This document shows positions 43,365 through 57,411 of a stretch of DNA of 64,000 nucleotides, piece after piece. Positions within the stretch are counted from its first letter, which is position 1, and each line of letters starts with the position of its first letter. The notes beneath the pieces are model-generated. The model saw only the letters and a program-made list of their open reading frames with translations, ran no database searches and was not told the DNA's origin. This DNA is from Eledone cirrhosa (Eukaryota), in the NCBI GenBank assembly GCA_964016885.1, contig OZ024748.1, forward strand, positions 53,134,001-53,198,000, written 5' to 3'. The translations under genes and the position numbers were made by a program.

Positions 43365-43650
43365 ATACCATCAGGGTTGCAGGTGTTATATCAGAGTTTT
43401 CCTTCTCCTAGAATTCTGCCTTGACAAAAGCTAAGGGGTCATCTCTCCCGGTGATTTTGGATGGCCATTGACTCTTAAGAGCTCCTTTGCCCATTGACAG
43501 GTTTTGTTTTTATTCCTGCAGGATATCCAAAGTCACCCTCCTCACCAAGAAACCTTGGTGGGGTTGCCTGTTTAGTCGCCAACGACCCGACCATGGGACA
43601 GGTTGTACTGGGATACATGTTACCAGTAGCACCAACTGGTGACCTGACAT
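43365..43650. mobile_element. dispersed repeat, probably RTE-related SINE or UTR
   Basis: Homologous to 48580-48765 (TTGACAGGTTTT...CTTGGTGGGGTTG...GACCCGACC...TACATGTTACCAGTAGC...ACCTGACA). Confidence 0.6.
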
Positions 43651-43652
43651 AA

Positions 43653-43683
<31 letters not shown>

Positions 43684-43894
43684 TTACATACATACATGCT
43701 TACAAACATACATACATATATACATACAGACGCACACACATACTTATACATACGTAAATACATACATACATGCATATATAAATACATACATGTTACATGC
43801 ACTCACCGATACAGATGTCTGTGTATATTTACACACTCAAATATAATTATGTACCTGGTATTTTACCTGGATATAGCACGTGTCATTCAATTAA

Positions 43895-45000
43895 ACATTA
43901 CATGGTACATGATATAGTTACACTACATGATACATGGCATAGATACATGTTGGTTGACCTAGTTACACTACATGGTAATGGTATATGTGTATGGTGGTTG
44001 ACCTAGTTACATCACATGGTACATGGCATAGCTATATGTTGGTTGACCTAGTTACACCACATGGTAATGGTATAGGTGTATGGTGGTTAACCTAGTTACA
44101 CTACGTGGTAATGGTATAGATACATGGTGGTTGACCTAGTTACACTACATGGTACATGGCATAGATATATGTCGGTTGACCTAGTTACATTACATGATAC
44201 GTGGCATAGATACATGGTGGTTGACCTAATTACACTACCTGGTACCTGGCATATATACATGTTGGTTGACCTTGATGCACTATATGGTACGTGGCATAGA
44301 TACAAGGTGGTTGACCTAGTTACACTACATGGTACATGGCATAGATACATGTTGGTTGACCTTGATACACTAAATGGTGCATGGCCGGCATACATTACGT
44401 GATACATGACCTAGAAATATTACACTGTATGTGACCTAGATACATTACAAGGTATATTACCTACATATATTGTATGCTACATGGTCTAAACACATTTCAT
44501 AGTACGTGACCTAGATACATTAAATCGTACATGACCTAGATACACTACACGGTACATGGCCTACATATGTTCCAGATTCCTGGGGATCTAGATACAGCTA
44601 AATTACTTCACCTTGATACACTAAATATTTTTTCTACATATCACTACATGGTAGTAACCTACTACATGGAGTACACGGTACATACCTTATATACAGTACA
44701 TGTTGATAGCTCTAAATATATTATACATGGTCAAGTATATTGTACCCACGTTACAATATACTTGACCTTGATAAAAGTCGTATTATCTAACATATATGTA
44801 CCACATGAAATTCGTATGATTTAACATATATGTACCACATGAGATTCGTATTATTTAACATATATGTCTTACATGTTCCAGGAACTTAATGCACTACAAA
44901 GTACTTGACCTCGACATACATATGACACTGTTTAACCTAGATATACGACATGGGGGCTTGACCTAGATACACCTCAAAGTACTTGACCTTAATATATATT
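43895..45000 (+). repeat. 45-bp minisatellite decaying into ~23-bp subunits
   Basis: GGTTGACCTAGTTACACTACATGGTACATGGCATAGATACATG repeats. Confidence 0.9.
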
Positions 45001-45058
45001 GCATATTATTTCATCTAAGTACAACGCACGATACATGACCTACATTTATGTATGTATG

Positions 45059-45178
<120 letters not shown>

Positions 45179-45294
45179 TAAATCTCTCTCTATATATATA
45201 GATAGATACATATATATGGACACATACAGACACACACACACGTACACAGGCACACACACACACAGAGTTATAATTAAAACTTTTACCTCCCTCT

Positions 45295-45339
45295 GAGCCT
45301 CTGACGAGCCCAACTTGGGCGTAACATGTGTAAGAGCTC
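45295..45339 (+). ncRNA. inactivated hammerhead motif
   Basis: CTGACGA, stem II GCCCAA-C-TTGGGC, GTAA in place of GAAA, stem III ACA-TG-TGT, triplet GUA, stem I GAGCCT/AGAGCTC. Confidence 0.5.
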
Positions 45340-45374
45340 CATATAAAGTATATTTTAACGGTCTACTTCTCTTT

Positions 45375-45419
<45 letters not shown>

Positions 45420-45620
45420 ATATGAGCGGAACAAGTAATCATCAAACAATCTTTTAAATAAATTAAAAAACGATTTAAAATTTAAAAGTTTGTTTGATGA
45501 TTACTTGTTCCGCTCATTTTTATAGTTCTGGTATCTCAAATTAGTACCATCGAACCACAACTATTATAAACACCATGCATATTTCTGTAGATACTTACCT
45601 CCTGTCGGAATATCCATACC

Positions 45621-45703
<83 letters not shown>

Positions 45704-45885
45704 GTGTTAAACAATATTCAATGATTATGTCAAAGAATGAGTTTTACAGTAGATTGGAAGCGCTCAACGGTAAAAATAATTTCTGGGATGGGCGGAGGTC
45801 ATTGGCTGATGGATTTAACGAATCGGGATTCTTTAAATCCACCAGCCAGAAAATATATAAATACCACCATTACACATTGACAGTT

Positions 45886-45937
45886 GGCTTTCCTGACGAT
45901 TTCCTTCGAATGAAACCGTTCTAGTCCTGTAGAAGCC
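45886..45937 (+). ncRNA. type I hammerhead ribozyme
   Basis: Stem I GGCTT(T)C/GAAGCC, CTGACGA, short stem II TTC/GAA, GAAA, stem III AC(C/A)G..CTGT with a CTAG-containing loop, triplet GUA. 3' halves recur at 21800-21830 and 49100-49145. Confidence 0.6.
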
Positions 45938-45949
45938 ATGTCTATATTG

Positions 45950-45984
<35 letters not shown>

Positions 45985-46340
45985 TCCGTGTACTTAACTA
46001 TTTGTCTAGTCAATTTCTACAGGCTAGAAGAAATAATTAGATAAGTGTCATATGGCTGAACATCGCGGAAAATAATCTGTATCATTTGTCTATTATTTCT
46101 TCATAAGTACATTTTAAACATATAGCCTTGTTTAAATGATTTTTTATGTGGTTGATTTATACTGATTAGGAGAGGAAATACTGTATATATTTTATCTAAT
46201 GGTTCTTCGGACTTACACTTTTATATATAGCTCTGATTAATAATTATTTGCTTAATAAATTCTTCATTGAGCCACACCGTGAATTGTTGCCAAACTCATA
46301 TATGTATCTGTGACTATGTCTAAGTATATATACCCTTTAA

Positions 46341-46488
<148 letters not shown>

Positions 46489-46644
46489 AACATGTTATTT
46501 AACCTAGGTATACTAGACGGAACATGGTTAAGTTAAAATCTACAATTTATTTCAGTTTTTAGTGTTTATCTCTCTCGTGAACATCGGTTATTGCAATCAC
46601 TCTTAAATTATTAATTAAAGCAAATGTATATTTCTGTATAATAA

Positions 46645-48036
46645 GGATTTCTAATATAAGCATAAGGCCTGGAAGTTGTTGGGACAGGAAAATCGATTAT
46701 ATCGACTCCAGTACTTGACTGGTACTTTATTTTATCGTCCCCGGAAGGATGAAACGCAAAGTTGACCCTAGCTGGCTATGAAACCAGAACATATAGACCC
46801 ATAACGAAATACTGCAATGTATTTCTTCCGGCACACTCGCGATTTTGACAAGTTGCCGCACTTGCAACCTTTTAATAATAATAATAATTGTTTCTACTTT
46901 TGGCACAAGGCCAGCAAATACCTAGTGTATTACTGGTACTTTATTTTATCGACCCTGTAAGGATGAAAGGGGCAAAGTTAATAATAGTTTCTGATTTAGG
47001 CACAAGGCCAATAATTTGGGGAAAGTCGATTAAATTGACCCCAGTGCATCACTGGTAATTATTTTATCAACCCCGTAAGGATGAAAGACAAAGCTAACTT
47101 TGACGAGATCTGAACTCAGATCGTAAAGGGGAATAACTCTATTCCATAAAACGTCGTCCGACACGCCACTTTCTAATAATTGTTTCTACTTTTGGCACAA
47201 GGCCAGCAATTACCCAGTACATTACTGGTGCTTCATTTTATCGACCACGTAAGGATGAAAGGCAAAATTAACCTCGGCGGGATTTGAACTCAGACCGTAG
47301 AGGGCCGTAACTCTATGCCATAACGCATGTTGTCCGACACATTTTATTTATAATAACGGTTTCTGATTTTAGCACAGACTCGCCCTTTGTTATATGATAT
47401 AAAGTTGTTTATTTTAAAGTGTTTATATTTAATTAGGTTCCTTCTATTAAAATTATTTTATGTAAGCACATATCTATCTCCCTCACAATAGTTTCTAATT
47501 TAGGCACAAGGTCAGCTATTTGGGGAGGGGGAAAAGTCGATTAAATTTGTCCCAGTGCGTTACTGGCAGTTTATTTAAATTGACCCCGTGGGGATGAAAG
47601 GCAAAGCTAACCTCGGCGGGATTTGAAATCAGAACGTAAAGGGGGCGTAACTCTGTCGTGAAGTATGGTGTCCGATGCAATACCGATCCTGCCAACTCAC
47701 TGCGCTCACCACTTTAATAATAATGGTTTCTGATTTAGGCACAAGGCCAACAATTTGGAGAGAGGAGAAAGTCGATTAAATCGAGCCCAGTGTGTTACTG
47801 ATACTTTATTTAAATTGACCCTGTAAGGATGAAAGGCAAGGCTAACCTCGGTAGGATTGGCAGTATCGGTAGAGGGTCGGACGCCATGCTTTCCAGCATA
47901 GTTACGTCCCTTTACGATCTGAGTTCAAATCCCGCCGAGGTTGACTTTGCCTTTCATCCTTATGGGGTTGATAAAATAAAGTACTAGTAATACACTAGGT
48001 AATTGCTGGCCTTGTGCCTAAAGTAGAAACAATTAT
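46645..48036. mobile_element. cluster of about 7 main-family SINEs (six minus, last one plus, head-to-head near 47853)
   Basis: Repeated cores and tails. Confidence 0.9.
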
Positions 48037-48221
48037 TTCTGAAGACAGCATATATATGTGTAGGTACGTATATTCCCTCTGATAGTTTGTAAAACTTTTA
48101 CATAGATCTATATGATATACATACCAACACACACATATATATCCTAGAAACGATCGTAAAATGATGAATTTTTTAATATAAGGAACTGTTTCTTTGTTTT
48201 TATTCATTATTTTTATTAATT

Positions 48222-48269
<48 letters not shown>

Positions 48270-48271
48270 CA

Positions 48272-48370
48272 CAGGGTGTCCCAAAACTGTATACACACTT
48301 CAACAGCAACAGCATTCTAATAAATATTGCCTGTACAGGTAATATTTATTAGATTTTTCGAGACACCTTG
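48272..48370. mobile_element. tiny Tc1-type MITE
   Basis: CAGGGTGTCCCAAAA...TTTTCGAGACACCTTG|TA. Related copy at 42690-42770. Confidence 0.65.
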
Positions 48371-48446
48371 TATATATATATATATATACATATATATACA
48401 TGCATGCGAGACCCACGTTGGTGCACATGTATATATATATATATAG

Positions 48447-48521
<75 letters not shown>

Positions 48522-48827
48522 GTATGTGTGTGTGTGTTGTATGTGTGTGTGTGTGTTTATGTATAGAGAGAGACTATTCGATGGACGTTGAATCTCATAC
48601 GTCCTTTGACAGGTTTTATATTTCATCCCGCAGGATCTGGAAAAATCCTCCTTTTACAAGAAAGGGTCTTGGTGGGGTTGTCAGATTAGTTGGCGGTGAC
48701 CCGACCGTGCAACAGCTTGTACCGAGTTACATGTTACCAGTAGCGCTCACGAGTAACCTGACACAGACACACACACACTTGCTTATAACCATACGTCCAG
48801 AGGTACATACATGCATACATGTGTGTG

Positions 48828-48881
<54 letters not shown>

Positions 48882-48970
48882 GCTATAACCCTTTTATATA
48901 TATTTATATTTAAATTTATATATATATATATGTATATATGTATATATATATATAAATATATATATATATT

Positions 48971-49099
<129 letters not shown>

Positions 49100-49357
49100 G
49101 ATGATTTCTAAAGAATGAAACAGTTCTAGTCCTGTAGAATCTCATCTATATATATATATATATAGGGTTATAGCTATATATATAAATATATATAGCTATA
49201 AACCTTTTATATATATATAGCTTATATAAATATGCGTGTGTGTGTGTGTGTGTGCATATATCGCTATCTCACCACATATAAATATATTATATGCACACAT
49301 ATATGTGCGTATACACACATACATGCAAATATCTATACATATGCATATATAGCCATC

Positions 49358-49461
<104 letters not shown>

Positions 49462-49867
49462 GCACACACACATATATGTGCGTAGACACATGCATATATA
49501 TATATATGTGTGTGTGGTGTGTGTGTGTCTCTCTGTCTCTGTGTGTGTGTGTGTGTGCGTATCTATATACGCACAAACACACACTTACATACACATATTA
49601 CATACACAAATTACAAACCCTACTCCGACCCTCCTTCTCCAGCTTTCTCGTTTTATGTCTCACTTTACTTACCCACTTACCCCGCTATTCCTCTCCCCAA
49701 CCTCATGTCCACCCCACCCACCATGGACCCTACAACTTGCCCCCACCCTACCCCCCTCTGTCACCTCCAGTCTATAAGAAGGGACCAATGAGAGGAAAGA
49801 TCAAAACCTAACAGTACAATGCCTTGCTAACCTTAATAACAAGCAGGTGTTGGGCCACACACAGACT

Positions 49868-50694
49868 GAAGACTACCAGTGGTGGTGGTGGTGGCGGTGG
49901 TGGTGGTGGTGGTGGTGGTGTAATGGTGGTGGTGGTGGTAGTGTGGTAGTGGCGGTGGTGTTGGTGTCGGGGGGGGGTTAGTGTAATGGTGGTGGTGGTA
50001 GTGTGGGGGGTAGTGTAATGGTGGTGGTGGTGGTGGTAGTGTAATGGTGGTGGTGGTGGTGGTAGTGTGGTAGTGGTGGTGGTGGTGGTGGTGTTGGTGG
50101 TGATGGTGATGAGGGTGTAGAGGTGGTGATGGGGGTGTAGAGGTGGTGGTGGTAGTGTGTGTATGTGTGTGTGTGCGGGGAGGGTAGAGGTGGTGGTGGT
50201 AGTGATGTGGTCGTGGTGGTGGTGGTTGTAGTGTCGTTGTTGTTGTGGTTGTGGTGGTGGTGGTAGTGGTAGTTGCGTGTGCTGTGGTGGTGCTGGTGAT
50301 GGTGGTAGTGGTTGAGGTAGTGATGATGGTGGTGGTTGTGGTCGTTGTAGTCTTGTGGTGGTGGTGGTAGTGGTGGTGGAGGTGGTGGTGATGGTATTGG
50401 TGGTTGTTGTGGTGGTGATGGTAGTAATGGTGGTGGTTTTTAGTGGTGAATGTGGTAATGATGATGATGATGTTAGTGATTGTGGTGTTAGTGGTGATAG
50501 CGGTGGTGGTGGTTCTGATGGTGTCTGTGGTAGTTGTGGTGGTAGTTGTGGTGGTAGTTGTGGTGGTAGTGGTGGTAATGGTGTTGTTAGGGGTGGATGT
50601 GATGGCGGAAACAGTTGTAGGTTGGTGGCTGTTGTGTCTGGTTGTGAAGTTGGGGGCGGTATTGTTGGTAATGTTGTTGTTCTTCTTGCTGGTG

Positions 50695-50726
<32 letters not shown>

Positions 50727-51014
50727 AGTGGTGGTCGCGGTGGTGATGGTGGTAGTGGTAGTGGTGGTAGTGGTAGTGGTGGTGGTGGTAGTGTTAGTGG
50801 TAGTGGTGGTAGTGGTGGTGGTAGTGGTGGTGGTGGTAATTGCGGTGATGATGGTGGTGGTCGCGGTGGTGATGTTGGTAGTGGTAGTGGTGGTAGTGGT
50901 AGTGGTGGTAGTGGTGGTAGTGGTAGTGGTGGAGGTGGTGGCTGTCAGTAAACACAACTTCTAATTTTAACGAAAGCAAATTGAATAACAGCTATCACAA
51001 TGTCATCACCACCG

Positions 51015-51050
<36 letters not shown>

Positions 51051-51365
51051 TTACAACTACTACTACTGCTGCTGCTCAGTACAACCACCACCACCGCCAC
51101 TACTACTACTTCTCAGCACCACCACCATTATCGTCACCAGTCACATCATACTCACCACCATTACCCCACCAGCACTACTACTAATGCTACTCAACACCAC
51201 CACCGTCACCACCAATCCCCACCATTACCCCCACCACCACTACTTCTCAACACCACCACCGTCACCATCAATCCCCACCATTACCCCCACCACCACTACT
51301 TATCAACACCACCACCGTCACCACCAATCCCCACCATTAGCAATACCACCACCATCACAACTACC
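49868..51365. repeat. (GGT)n/(ACC)n low-complexity tract with a strand switch near 50970
   Basis: Seen directly. Confidence 0.9.
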
Positions 51366-51828
51366 AATGGTTTCCAAAGAATATATAAACTCAATTACTC
51401 ATGAAATTAACTGGTAATTGACTCAGTATTCCATAGATCTCAGGGAGATTCAGCGCGGCACTTTGTGTAGCAAGTTTGGCCCCTTCAACTTATAGGTACA
51501 ACTGAGTAGTTTGGAACAATATGTCTTGCTCAAAGAAGACAAAACTCTGCCGAGAATCGAACTTGCGACCTTACGATTGTGAGCCGAAACCCAGGTCTGA
51601 CTTTCACCTGTTGAAGACCGAAGTTATAGGAAATTTGAGACGCTCCTCTAAAAACAACGGTTAAAAGATTAAAAATCCTTATACATGACTATTTTTTTTA
51701 TATTAAATTATAATGAATAAATAATACACACACACACACACACACACAGAGATGTCAACATGAATGGACTTGTTATTTTATCTAAAGAGATTTTTTTCCA
51801 ATTCCACCCCGCCCGTCCCTTCAATCTT

Positions 51829-51864
51829 TCTTCTGATGAAGGACTAGAGTCCGAAACATTAAGA
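51829..51864 (+). ncRNA. hammerhead motif, second copy of the 41.7-kb element (51750-51950)
   Basis: TCTT-CTGATGA-AGGAC-TAGA-GTCC-GAAAC(A)TT-AAGA. The stem III G>A change is consistent with CpG decay. Confidence 0.7.
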
Positions 51865-52364
51865 CCCTCTTCCTGATATTTCAAGCGTTAACCTAATATA
51901 TTCCTTCCATATACTGAACCGCTTGTGTTGTTATTTCTGTTTACCTTTTACACATATATATATATATGTGTGTGTGTGTGTAGGTAGATAGATATAAATA
52001 TAGATATATAGATATATAATTGTTGATGATTTAGTGTTCAAGAATAAAAACTAATGATAAACTAAAAATATATTTTTAAAGCCCACCCCCACCCCTCGGG
52101 GATGTGTGGGTCTAACTTGTAGCTTATTTAGCTTATAGGTAAGTTCAGCACTTCGAAAACTTTAACCATTTTCCAGATTTAGAAACTTCATCTTCTTGTC
52201 CAACAATTTCCTTGGGTATTATAGTCCCCAACCAGAATGCTTCCAAGCCTTTCCTCCACCAAAGCCTGGCTTGGCTGGTTCGGAACCTCTTTTAATCCGG
52301 ACTGTGTCTATGATTTGTCACCGGTAAGTTGGAGTAATATTGATGAACTCGAGTCGACACTAAT

Positions 52365-52840
52365 GTGTGTGGGTGTACGTATATGTGTTTGTGTGTGAGT
52401 GTACGTATATGTGTTTGTGTGTGAGTGTACGTATATGTGTTTGTGTGTGAGTGTACGTATATGTGTTTGTGTGTGGGTGTACGTATATGTGTTTGTGTGT
52501 GAGTGTACGTATATGTGTTTGTGTGTGAGTGTACGTATATGTGTTTGTGTGTGGGTGTACGTATATGTGTTTGTGTGTGGGTGTACGTATATGTGTTTGT
52601 GTGTGAGTGTACGTATATGTGTTTGTGTGTGAGTGTACGTATATGTGTTTGTGTGTGGGTGTACGTATATGTGTTTGTGTGTGGGTGTACGTATATGTGT
52701 TTGTGTGTGAGTGTACGTATATGTGTTTGTGTGTGGGTGTACGTATATGTGTTTCTGTGTGGGTGTACTTATATGTGTTTGTGTGTGGGTGTACGTATAT
52801 GTGTTTGTGTGTTGGTGTACGTATATGTGCTTGTGTGTGG
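52365..52840 (+). repeat. 26-bp minisatellite GTGTACGTATATGTGTTTGTGTGTG(A/G)
   Basis: Seen directly, about 18 copies. Confidence 0.95.
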
Positions 52841-52954
52841 GTCCCTGGTTATGTGTGTTTGTGTATATGTATCTACATGTCTCTGTATGTGAGAGGGTCG
52901 GCTGAAAATTTCATAGAATAACGAAGGAAGGTGTATATGTGTCTCTATATACAT

Positions 52955-53009
<55 letters not shown>

Positions 53010-53083
53010 CATTCACACACACACATATATATATATATATTAGAAAAAACGAGGTTCTTTCGTTTACATGTATACATGTATAC

Positions 53084-53177
<94 letters not shown>

Positions 53178-53639
53178 GTATACATGTATACGCTATATAT
53201 ATATATATATATTCCTCCCCCACTTTCATCTCCAATATTGATTCTAGTTAGAACAAAGCTAAAAGAAAAACGAAGAAAACAGTTTGAAAACCGCCATGAA
53301 ATTTGCGAAAGATCTGTACTGGTCGGTGTTGAAGTCATTTGATGCCCCATGCTATCATCCTGTTGAAGATATTTACTGCGACATCTTATCATTGGAGGTG
53401 TTTGTAGTGGGATTTAAGAAACTATGTTGACGTCACTACCAACTATGTATTGATTGGATATTTTTCATTTTTCAAAGATCAAAGACCCAGGCTTAGCGGC
53501 ATTTTTAAATCTACGTCTGTGGAGTGTATCTATCTCTCTATTTATTAGGAAACCCTTATTTTAAGTTGTTGGGGGGTTTTTAGTAAATTTTTTTTTTTTG
53601 GAATGGGGGGGGGGGGGGTTGTCCCTCTGGTACCTCTGA

Positions 53640-54945
53640 TGGCTTTGGTAGTTGTTGTCGTTGTTGTCGTTGTTGTTGTTGTTATTGAGTTTATGCCTGT
53701 GATGGCTGTTGTTGTTGTTACTGAGTTTATGCCTGTGATGGCTGTTGTAGGTGTTGTTGTTGTTGAGCTTGTACCAATGATGGCTGTTGTAGCTTTGTCT
53801 GTTGTTGTTATTGTCATTGTATCTGTGGTCCTTGTAGCTTTGACTAATGTTGTAGCTTGTGTTGTTGTTGTTGTTGTTATTGTGGTTGTTGTTGTTACTG
53901 AGTAAATGTGTTTGTTATAGCTGTTGTTGTTATTGTGGTTGTTGTTGTTACTGAGTTTGTTGTAGCTGTTGTTGTTATTGTGGTTGTTGTTGTTACTGAG
54001 TTTGTTGTAGCTGTTGTTGTTATTGTGGTTGTTGTTGTTACTGAGTTTGTTGTAGCTGTTGTTGTTATTGTAGTTGTTGTTGTTATTGTGGTTGTTGGAG
54101 AAGTTGTTGCAGTTTTGACTAATATAGTTGTCATCGGCGTTGTTGTTGTTATCGTGTTTCTTGTCGCTGTTGTTGTTGTATCTGTTGTTGTTGTATCTGT
54201 TGTTGTTGTTGTATCTATGGTTGTCTTTTCATTTACAATCGTATCCTGTTTTTTAAGGACTTCAATTGTTTCTTTGCTTGTTGTTGTTGTTGTTGTTGTT
54301 GTTTCTGTTCCCGCCAAGGTCAACCTTTTCCTTTCATCTTTTACTGGGTCGATAACAATATCAAGTACTAAGTACCAGTCAGTTACTAAGGTCGATACAA
54401 CCTATTCAACCCTAACCCTCCTCAAATATTTCGCATTGTGCCTATAACTTTTTTTTTAAATCACAACCACCACCACCATCATCATCATCATCACCCTTAT
54501 CACCACCACCACCACCAACACCACCAACACCAACACCACCACCATCATCATTATCATTCCATCACAACCACCACCACCACCACCACAACCTCCACTACCA
54601 CCACTATGATCATCATCGCCACCACCACCACCATCACCACCATCACCACCATCATCATCACCCTCACCACCATCATCATCATCACCACCTCCACCACCAT
54701 CATCATCACCTCCACCAACATTTCCACCACCATCATCACCACCACCACCACCACCACTACCACCACCACCATCACCACCACCACCACAACCACCACCAAC
54801 ATCACCATCATGACCACCTCCACCACCATCATCATCATCACCTCCCCCACCACCTCCACCGCCATTAACACCACCACCAACACCAACACCTCCCCCATCA
54901 ACCACCACCACCATTATCATCATCATCGTCATGATCATCATTTGC
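53640..54945. repeat. (GTT)n-derived and (ACC)n-derived tracts separated by a SINE fragment (54308-54450)
   Basis: Seen directly; 42-bp subrepeat at 53900-54080. Confidence 0.85.
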
Positions 54946-55044
54946 AGATGTAACAGCAGCATCGAGTTTCTACTGCACCACCCGTTACCCCCACCCACCC
55001 CGCCACTATGAAAACATTATTATTATTATTACTATTATTATTAG

Positions 55045-56575
55045 GGTGGTGGATTGGCAGTATCGGTAGAGCGTCGGACAACATGCTTCGTGGCATAGAA
55101 TTACGACCCTTTACGTCCTGAGTTCAAATCCCGCCGAGGTTAACTTTGCCTTTCAACCTTACGGGGTCGATAAATTAAAGTACCAGTAATACACTGGGGT
55201 TGGTTTAATCGACTTACCCTTCCCAAAAAATTGCTGGCCTTGTGCCTCTATAAAAAACCATTATTGTGGTGGATGATTGACAGAATCGGTAGAGCATCAC
55301 ATTCACGACATTTAGTCACGGCTCTTTACGTTCTGAGTTCAAATTCCATCGAAGTCAGCTTTGCCTTTCATCTTTCTGGAATCAACAAAATAAAGGACCA
55401 ATCGTCCTTCAGGGATCAATAAAATAAAGCACCAATCGTCCTTCTGGAATCAACAAAATAAAGGACCAATCGTCCTTCAGGGATCAATAAAATAAAGGAC
55501 CAATCGTCCTTCTGGAATCAACAAAATAAAGGACCAATCGTCCTTCAGGGATCAATAAAATAAAGGACCAATCGTCCTTCTGGAATCAACAAAATAAAGG
55601 ACCAATCGTCCTTCAGGGATCAATAAAATAAAGGACCAATCGTCCTTCTGGAATCAACAAAATAAAGGACCAATCGTCCTTCTGGAATCAACAAAATAAA
55701 GGACCAATCGTCCTTGAGAGATCAATAAAATAAAGGACCAATCGTCCTTCTGGAATCAACAAAATAAAGGACCAATCGTCCTTCTGGAATCAACAAAATA
55801 AAGGACCAATAGTCCTTCAGGGATCAATAAAATAAAGGACCAATAGTCCTGGAATCAACAAAATAAAGGACCAAAAGTCCTTCAGGGATCAATAAAATAA
55901 AGGAGCATCTAATTGACTTTCCCCTCACCCCAAATTTCTGGGCTTGTGACTAAATTAGAAAGTGGTTTGGCAGAATCGGTAGAGCGTCTGTCAAAATGCT
56001 TTGCGGCATCTGTTCTGGTTCTTACGTTCTGTGTTCAAAACCTGCCGAGATCAAATTTTGCCTTTCATCCTTACAGGGTCGATAAAATAAAGTACCAGTA
56101 ATGTACTGGGGTCGATTTAATCGACTTTCCTCTGTCCCTTCGAATTGCTGGTCTTGTGCCACATGTAGAAACGATTATTTATGGCTGCAAAAATGTTAAT
56201 TTGGGGCTTTTTAAATATCGTGGGACCCATGACTACAGTCCAGCCAGTACCCGTCTTACTTTTCTCTCAACTCCTTGCTATTGACCTACACCCTCCTCAC
56301 TTTGTCCTCCAGTGCCAATCTATGTATCCTAACCATGTGCATATAAGGTCCTCGTGTGAATGGTGACCTTATATATATAATAAATGTTTCTACTTTTGGC
56401 ACACGGCCAGCAATTATCCCAGTGCATTACTGGTACTTTATTTTAACGACCCCCCGTAAGGATGAAAGTCAAAGTTAACCTCGGCGGGATTTGAACTCAG
56501 AATGGCAAGGGCCGTAACTCTATGCTGCAAAGCATGGCGTCCGACCCTCTACCGATACTGCCAATCCACCGCCCT
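55045..56575. mobile_element. SINE cluster: 55045-55265 (+), 55266-55960 (+, with internal array), 55962-56178 (+), 56384-56575 (-)
   Basis: A/B boxes, cores and tails. Confidence 0.9.
55375..55902 (+). repeat. 34-bp two-variant tandem array amplified from the SINE core
   Basis: TCTGGAATCAACAAAATAAAGGACCAATCGTCCT and TCAGGGATCAATAAAATAAAGGACCAATCGTCCT, about 16 units. Confidence 0.92.
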
Positions 56576-57065
56576 TGATAATGTTAAGACGGTTATGCAC
56601 ACATCTGTTACATTTTGGTAGAACTATGAAAATCCTCATCACAAGGACAACCATGAAGGATGTTATTCTGGAGTACAAAGTTTTTTTTCATGAACCCTCT
56701 CTTCTGAAAATACTATTCAAGGTCCCGTAAAATTCCGTGGCTCGAGTACAATATCCTCTCCGAGCCCCCGTTCCACCCCACCATACTCAGAAATGGTCGA
56801 ACGTCAAATAAAATGTTTTATAAGATGGAGAGGGCCAAGCGGTTACTTCAGTTATGGGCCTAACGAACCCCAAAGAGATGCTCGAACATTATGTGTGCCG
56901 TCTTAAAAAATAAAAAAACGAAAAATTCAGTGCCCCTTTCCATTTAATTAATCTACAACAGTTAATTATTTCCGTAATTGACTGGAACAGATTAGCAGAG
57001 TCTTTTATGAGAAATATAGCAAGGAAATTGTCAATTTTCGTTTTGTCTCAAAATAGAAAGGTAGA

Positions 57066-57411
57066 TACGAGGGTCGGTTGAAAAGTTCATAAACTATCTA
57101 TGAAGGAGTGATGCTAGAGCTGTGAAATCTTGCGTGCATTAATTTCAACTTTTGTTTTATTAATAACTGCATTGTTTCTTTCCAGGGACTATGTTGGAAA
57201 TTAAACGTCATTTGGTCTTTCCATGAGAATATCTTGGTCAGCCTATGAAGGAGTGATTCTAGAGCTGTGAAATTTTGCATGCATTATTTCAACTCTTTTT
57301 ATTAATAACTGCATTGTTTCTTTCCAAGCACTATGTTGAAAAATAAACCTCATTTGGTCATTCCATGAGACTATCTTGGTCACCTATGAACTTTTCCTCC
57401 CGAGCCTCATA
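57066..57411 (-). mobile_element. mariner-derived MITE with ~145-bp internal tandem duplication
   Basis: Termini TACGAGGGTCGGTTGAAAAGTTCATA and TATGAACTTTTC..CCGAGCCTCATA. CTATGAAGGAGTGAT recurs at 57098 and 57243. Confidence 0.8.

Noticed and set aside
49833-50957. 374-aa Thr/His-rich mucin-like ORF
   Set aside because: Composition flips between Thr, His and Pro as the (ACC)n phase shifts, typical of a non-coding repeat.
55375-55902. Repeat-spacer-like array
   Set aside because: Only two alternating variants, both derived from the SINE core.
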